Part shown: positions 59,321-64,000 of the stretch, one piece after another | Position numbering within the stretch: position 1 is the stretch's first letter | Layout: every line of letters begins with the position of its first letter | Assembly: GCA_016211945.1 (NCBI GenBank) | Contig: JACRHV010000003.1 | Span: forward strand, 69,631 to 133,630 | DNA length: 64,000 nt | Origin: Minisyncoccota bacterium | GTDB taxonomy: Bacteria; Patescibacteriota; Microgenomatia; UBA1400; UBA12028 | Direction of reading: 5' to 3' | Position numbers and translations under genes: made by a program | Notes under the pieces: generated by a model | The model's database searches: none | Told to the model about the DNA's origin: nothing | What the model saw: the letters and a program-made list of their open reading frames with translations, nothing else

Positions 59321-62300
59321 ATGAGCAAAGAAGAATCTGTCCAAACCATCCAACGCTCAGAGGCATTGCTCCGGCAATTCGCCGATTTTTTGGCAGCACA
59401 ACAGCTCACTGAAAAGTCGATCCGCAACTATGTTTCAGATACACGCAAGTTTTTCGATTGGCTCGGGGGGCAAAAACCCAACGGTCAGGAAGATTGGGAC
59501 TGGATCGCTTCTATCCCCCAATCTGTTCGCGCATATCGCGCCTTTCTTCTTTCCCAGGCTGCACCTCTGGCCACCATTAACCGCCATCTCTCCTCTCTCC
59601 GCCAGTTTGGCGCTTTTTTAAACACCGTTCACCAGCTTCACCTCAAGTTGGATCACCTTCAAAACGTCTCTGTCCACGTCGAGCATGAGCAAGAAGTGTC
59701 GCATGTCCTCAACCACCAGGCTATTCACGCATTCGGTTTAGCACTTGAACATGAGCAGTGCTCACAGTCCACATGCGAAAATTACCTTGGTGATATCCGC
59801 CAATTTGCCGATTTTCTTGGAACAGAGTCGCTCTTTTCTGACCGAATAAAACCCCTTGCCGTGGAGTTTACGGGAAATTTGGCAAAAAATGGGGTCGCAG
59901 AAGCAACGATTCGACGCAAAATGGTGACCCTGAAGCGATTTTATGCGTGGGCAACCAAGTCTCACTACATCAAAACAAATGTTTTTGAATCATTCGGGGA
60001 GAAAGTCGGGCGAGTTGTTGGTGAGACTGCACAAAAATTTGTGCCGTTGGCGTTTTTTGAGAGAAATCGAGAAAACCAACAAAAAACCTCATCTTCCGAT
60101 GAGGTTTATGTCTGTGAAGAGTTACGTCTCCACGCGCTTGATAACCGTAACGAACAGTCTACCAGTCAAACAGGGATCTTGTCAAGACTGTGGCGGAGGG
60201 ATAGGGATTCGAACCCTAACCCCGCTCACGCGGAGTCACATCAGGTATCAACTGAGTTCCCAACCGTTGGGATTACCCCTCCAATTGGAATGTTTGGACC
60301 GACCACCACAGAATCGTCATACTCTCAAATTGCAGATGAAAAATCAACAACATCTTACTCTATCACCAACAAAAAACCCTCTGTTTCCAGAGGGTTTTTC
60401 AATGTAGAGTTTTCTCCCTACACAGTTGATACCTGTAACGTCAAGTCTACCAAACTTCCCCATCCCCTGTCAAGGCTCTACTCCGCCTACACCCGCTGGC
60501 CAGTGAGTTCCTATCTCCATCTTGCCGTTCTCGTTCTTTTTGTCTCGATGCTTGGGATTTTTGGCTATCAACAGTTTTTCCGTGATGCCGAGCAGAAGCT
60601 CGCTTTCCCCACCTCTCTCACCAGACCAAATCGCATTCTCTCCTTCCAGGGTCGCCTCACAGACACTGCCGGCACTCCACTCACTGTTGCAACCAACTTT
60701 ACCTTCAAACTGTATGACGCACTTACCAGTGGCAATCAGCTCTGGACATCTGGGACGTGTTCAATCACTCCGGATCAAGATGGCATCTTCTCTACTTTGC
60801 TTGGGAGTAGTTGCGGAAGCGAGATAGCCTCTGGTGTGTTTAGTGAAAATCAAAATGTATATCTCGAGGTAACAGTTGCGGCGGAGACGCTCACACCAAG
60901 ACAACAGATTGCCACGGTTGGATATGCGCTGAATGCCGAAACGCTCCAAGGCTACCCCGCTTCTGCGAGTGCGGTGGAAAATACGGTCCTTGTGATGAAC
61001 AACTCTGGTCAAGTGTTATTAGGCAACGCCTCGCCCACACTCCGTTCTACTTCTGGTACATTCGCGGTTCAGGGCAATGCGCTCAATGTGTCCACTAATA
61101 CCGGCACCGGAGGAAATATTACGCTTGCTCCGGATGGCGCTGGACAAGTGAGTTTGATTGGCGGCACCACAACACAGGATTTCATCGATATTACAAACGC
61201 GAACCTCACGACGGGAAAGTTGATGAAGGGGACGGTCGGAAATAACAATACTGGGTACAAATTTTTATCATTTGTTGGCGGCTCAACTCCCTCTGAAAAG
61301 TTCTATGTCAATGCCCTTGGAGGGGTGTATGCAGGCAACTCACTTTTTGCTCCAGTGGCGACCATTAGTGCAACGAATACGAGCGCTACACCGCTCATTA
61401 TCAACGGAACTGGAGGACAAATTTTCTCAATCGCAAATGGTGGGAACATTGTGGGTGCCGGAACCTTGACTGGATTAACAGGACTAACCTCGAGTGGAAC
61501 CATCACATTCTCAGGATTAAATACCGCAGGTGCGGTTGCGTATACACAGTCTGGTGGAGTTTTAGGAGTGACGGCACAGGGCGTGTCTGGGTACTTGTTA
61601 GGATCTGGTGGAGCTGGCACACCCACATGGATTGACCCCGCAACGGTTGGAAGCAACTATTGGCAGCTTACGAACAAGGTGATTTCGCCGGGAAACTCGA
61701 CGCATGACTTAGCGGTAGGAGGAAACGCGACAAGTTCTGCGTTGTTCCAGGTTTTTGGAAACACTGGGAATGCGACAACCGCAGGAACACTGACGTTTAA
61801 TGGGGCGGCATACTCGAATAACGTGATTGCGGCAACAAAGATGTCTGGGTTACAGATTGGAAATAGTAGCACGGGGAATATTATTTTTAATGGGGGGAAA
61901 ATAGGAGTTGGAACCGCAAACCCTCAAGGAACTCTTCATGTTGCTAGTAGTGCCAATATTGATGATCTTGTTGTTAATACCGAAGCCACAACGAATAACA
62001 TTGTTGATTCTAGTTTTGAGACTGGATTGGGGGGTTGGTACGCTACTTCAGTCAATGCCACTATTACACAATCAACTACTCAATCATATGTTGGTTCTAA
62101 AAGTTTAAAAAACGTAGCCACTGCAACAAATGAAGGCGCTTATATTACCATGTCTAGTGGATTTACTGCAGGAGTTTTAAATACTTTTTCTTCCTATGGA
62201 TATTTGGAATCAGGAACAGGTTGGCATTTGGTTTTCTTCTATTACGATGGCTCCTGGCATGCAGTTAACTCGCCTACAATAACTACTGTTGGCTCTTGGG

Positions 62301-64000
62301 TCAAGACAAGTGTTACTGTTAGTTTGCCTGCTGGAACAACCCAAATTCAACCGAGATTAGTAAGTGATGGTACGGCAACAATATATTTTGATGGCGTACA
62401 ATTAGAGGCAAAAGACCATGCCAGTCCTTATGCTGATGGTTCATTAGGATCTGGTTATAGTTGGACAGGAACTCCACATGCTTCAACTTCTATACGAAGA
62501 GCTGGGACAGTTTATGCTTATCAAGCAATTAACAGCGCTGGTGGAATAGGTGCCACTTCAGGAAGTTTATATCCAACATTACAAATTGATCAAGCTGGAA
62601 CAGGTGCTCTTTTTGTTGCCTCTGTTTCTGGAACACAAAAATTTATTATTGATAACACGGGCAATGTGGGGGTTGGGACGACAAATCCGTTGAATAAATT
62701 AAATGTTGTCGCGGACACTAACGTCTATACTAGTGCTCAATCTCTGGCCGGTTTAAGAGTTGATGATGGAACAAGTGATACGGCTTTATTATTAGGTGTA
62801 AACGCAGCTGGAGATGCGACTTACATTCAAGGTGTTCAACCACTAATATCTTGGACAAATCGTCCAATTTTATTACAGCCAAATGGTGGTAACGTCGGCA
62901 TCGGCAACACATCCCCTACCTACAAACTTGACGTCACCGGCTCTGCTTCGGTCTCTGCCAACCTCATGGCCGGTGGTCAAGTCCAACTCGGAAGATTCGG
63001 CGCAAATCCAACCGGCATTGGCGCGGGCGCGCTCTACTTCAACACCACAGACAGCAAGATTTACTACTACGACGGATCGAGTTGGTCACAAGTTGGATCG
63101 GGCGCAGGAGGAAACAATAGCCCATGGGATGAGTTAAACGGCACAATTGTCCCCAAAAACTCGACAGAAGATGTGTTGATTGGTGGTCAAGCAACAACCT
63201 CGGCAAAATTTGCGTTCTTAAATGTAAACACCGGCACACCGGTCGCAAGTTTCTCTGGAAACCTCACACTTACTCCTGCAACTTCTGCCATCATCCAAAC
63301 CACCAACATGATTCCATTGGTCATTGGCTCGGCATCAACCGGATCTATCCAGCTCTCGCCAAAAGCATCCACCGGCTTGTTCATCAACGGTTCTGGAAAC
63401 GTGGGCATCGGCAACACCGCACCAACGGTGGCACTCGACGTGACCGGCCAAGGCAAGTTCTCGTCGCTCGTTACCGCATCAAACGCACTCACTGTGACCA
63501 CCGGCCTTACGCAAGCGCTTGGTGGTCTCACGGTCTCCGGCAACAGCGTGGCGGCATCAGGACAAAACTTTGAGGCGTTTGTCACCTCTGGAACAGCGTA
63601 TGTTCAAGGGTATGATCGAGGCGGATCGGCATACATCCCACTCAACATTGCCGGTTCATACACCAAGTTCTCCAACGGAAGCGTTGGGATTGGTACCTCT
63701 GGTGCACCGGCAGAAAAACTCGAGATCAATGCTGGTGCGGCCGCAGGAGGGATTCGATTAAACGCAGATACCGGTGTTGATACGCGTTTGGTGTTCTATG
63801 AAAATGCCGTCTTAAAGGCAGGCCTCACCTACACCACAAGCGACGCAACCTTCCGCCTCTCCAATGCTGGAAGCGATATTGTGACACTCACGAGCGCGGG
63901 AAAAGTCGGCGTTGGAAACACCGCACCAGACGGTAAATTCCAAGTCACGGGTGCGGCAGTTGGAAAAGCGCTCGCCATCTTGAACGAAACTGGCGACCAA
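59321..64000 (+). CDS. Giant protein (at least 1560 aa, truncated by window): two integrase SAM-like domains, TM, tail-fibre-like ectodomain
   Basis: Manual translation has no stop from 59321 to 64000. SIRNYVSDTRKF..ATINRHLSSLRQF and TCENYLGDIRQF..ATIRRKMVTLKRFYAW; TM at about aa 398-416; SFQGRLTD; six G(N/K/S)(V/I)G(I/V)G(T/N) repeats. Confidence 0.9.
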   Translation, partial: MSKEESVQTIQRSEALLRQFADFLAAQQLTEKSIRNYVSDTRKFFDWLGGQKPNGQEDWDWIASIPQSVRAYRAFLLSQAAPLATINRHLSSLRQFGAFLNTVHQLHLKLDHLQNVSVHVEHEQEVSHVLNHQAIHAFGLALEHEQCSQSTCENYLGDIRQFADFLGTESLFSDRIKPLAVEFTGNLAKNGVAEATIRRKMVTLKRFYAWATKSHYIKTNVFESFGEKVGRVVGETAQKFVPLAFFERNRENQQKTSSSDEVYVCEELRLHALDNRNEQSTSQTGILSRLWRRDRDSNPNPAHAESHQVSTEFPTVGITPPIGMFGPTTTESSYSQIADEKSTTSYSITNKKPSVSRGFFNVEFSPYTVDTCNVKSTKLPHPLSRLYSAYTRWPVSSYLHLAVLVLFVSMLGIFGYQQFFRDAEQKLAFPTSLTRPNRILSFQGRLTDTAGTPLTVATNFTFKLYDALTSGNQLWTSGTCSITPDQDGIFSTLLGSSCGSEIASGVFSENQNVYLEVTVAAETLTPRQQIATVGYALNAETLQGYPASASAVENTVLVMNNSGQVLLGNASPTLRSTSGTFAVQGNALNVSTNTGTGGNITLAPDGAGQVSLIGGTTTQDFIDITNANLTTGKLMKGTVGNNNTGYKFLSFVGGSTPSEKFYVNALGGVYAGNSLFAPVATISATNTSATPLIINGTGGQIFSIANGGNIVGAGTLTGLTGLTSSGTITFSGLNTAGAVAYTQSGGVLGVTAQGVSGYLLGSGGAGTPTWIDPATVGSNYWQLTNKVISPGNSTHDLAVGGNATSSALFQVFGNTGNATTAGTLTFNGAAYSNNVIAATKMSGLQIGNSSTGNIIFNGGKIGVGTANPQGTLHVASSANIDDLVVNTEATTNNIVDSSFETGLGGWYATSVNATITQSTTQSYVGSKSLKNVATATNEGAYITMSSGFTAGVLNTFSSYGYLESGTGWHLVFFYYDGSWHAVNSPTITTVGSWVKTSVTVSLPAGTTQIQPRLVSDGTATIYFDGVQLEAKDHASPYADGSLGSGYSWTGTPHASTSIRRAGTVYAYQAINSAGGIGATSGSLYPTLQIDQAGTGALFVASVSGTQKFIIDNTGNVGVGTTNPLNKLNVVADTNVYTSAQSLAGLRVDDGTSDTALLLGVNAAGDATYIQGVQPLISWTNRPILLQPNGGNVGIGNTSPTYKLDVTGSASVSANLMAGGQVQLGRFGANPTGIGAGALYFNTTDSKIYYYDGSSWSQVGSGAGGNNSPWDELNGTIVPKNSTEDVLIGGQATTSAKFAFLNVNTGTPVASFSGNLTLTPATSAIIQTTNMIPLVIGSASTGSIQLSPKASTGLFINGSGNVGIGNTAPTVALDVTGQGKFSSLVTASNALTVTTGLTQALGGLTVSGNSVAASGQNFEAFVTSGTAYVQGYDRGGSAYIPLNIAGSYTKFSNGSVGIGTSGAPAEKLEINAGAAAGGIRLNADTGVDTRLVFYENAVLKAGLTYTTSDATFRLSNAGSDIVTLTSAGKVGVGNTAPDGKFQVTGAAVGKALAILNETGDQ
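60079..60151 (-). ncRNA. sRNA A (anti-anticodon unit downstream of the allo-tRNA)
   Basis: TTGACA(60185-60180)-18-TAGACT(60161-60156) promoter; GTTACGGTTATCAAGCG; hairpin; terminator AAACCTCATC-GGAA-GATGAGGTTTTTT. Confidence 0.7.
60191..60282 (-). tRNA. Allo-tRNA-like gene: 8/4 fold, Ser-type body, anticodon GAT, CCA encoded
   Basis: GGAGGGGT AA TCCCAACGGTTGGGA ACTCAG TTGATAC CTGATGT GACTCCGC GTGA GCGGGGTT AGGG TTCGAAT CCCT ATCCCTCC G CCA. Confidence 0.85.
60369..60439 (-). ncRNA. sRNA B (anti-anticodon unit upstream of the allo-tRNA)
   Basis: TTGACA(60473-60468)-18-TAGACT(60449-60444) promoter; GTTACAGGTATCAACTG; hairpin; terminator AAAAACCCTCTG-GAAA-CAGAGGGTTTTTT. Confidence 0.75.

Noticed and set aside
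60191-60216. Reading the tRNA-like sequence as only an att-site fragment of tRNA-Ser next to an integrase
   Set aside because: The complete 5' half with complementary acceptor, D, anticodon and variable arms is present, and no catalytic integrase domain is visible
60191-60282. tRNA-Sec (selC)
   Set aside because: Anticodon is GAT, not TCA; T-stem is 4 bp in the 8-bp acceptor fold; no sel genes in the window
59943-60407. 154-aa plus-strand ORF over the RNA cassette (GGGIGIRTL)
   Set aside because: Alternative frame of the giant CDS; GIRT-type peptides are typical of translated antisense tRNA

Overview
64 kb of bacterial chromosome that looks like a CPR/Patescibacteria (Microgenomates-like) genome. 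This is inferred from compact gene content, two MreB paralogues, split ComEC, a PaaX-like regulator and many apparently leaderless genes. Most of the window is housekeeping: thyA fusion, dcd, topA, dprA, mreBCD-PBP2, def/fmt, rpmB, rpmG, secE-nusG-rplKAJL, ndk, argS, leuS, comEA/comEC and six standard tRNAs. It also holds two IS elements, several ORFan inserts and a WxL/DUF916-like surface cluster. The most striking region is 59321-64000, an ORF open to the window end (at least 1560 codons, absent from the ORF track). It encodes two integrase-type SAM-like DNA-binding domains, a TM helix and a tail-fibre-like ectodomain. Nested antisense in its linker is an all-RNA cassette: a 92-nt allo-tRNA-like gene (8/4 fold, Ser-type identity elements, Ile anticodon GAU) flanked by two paralogous promoter-sRNA-terminator units whose conserved UAUCAA segment is complementary to the GAU anticodon loop. 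This is a candidate RNA-only toxin-antitoxin or mistranslation-control system. Other signals: a shared tandem-repeat promoter box at dprA, comEA and a small membrane-protein pair; a covarying hairpin repeat flanking the leuS-comE-argS block; a 6S-like ncRNA; three tRNAs with C55. All calls were made by eye and no searches were run.
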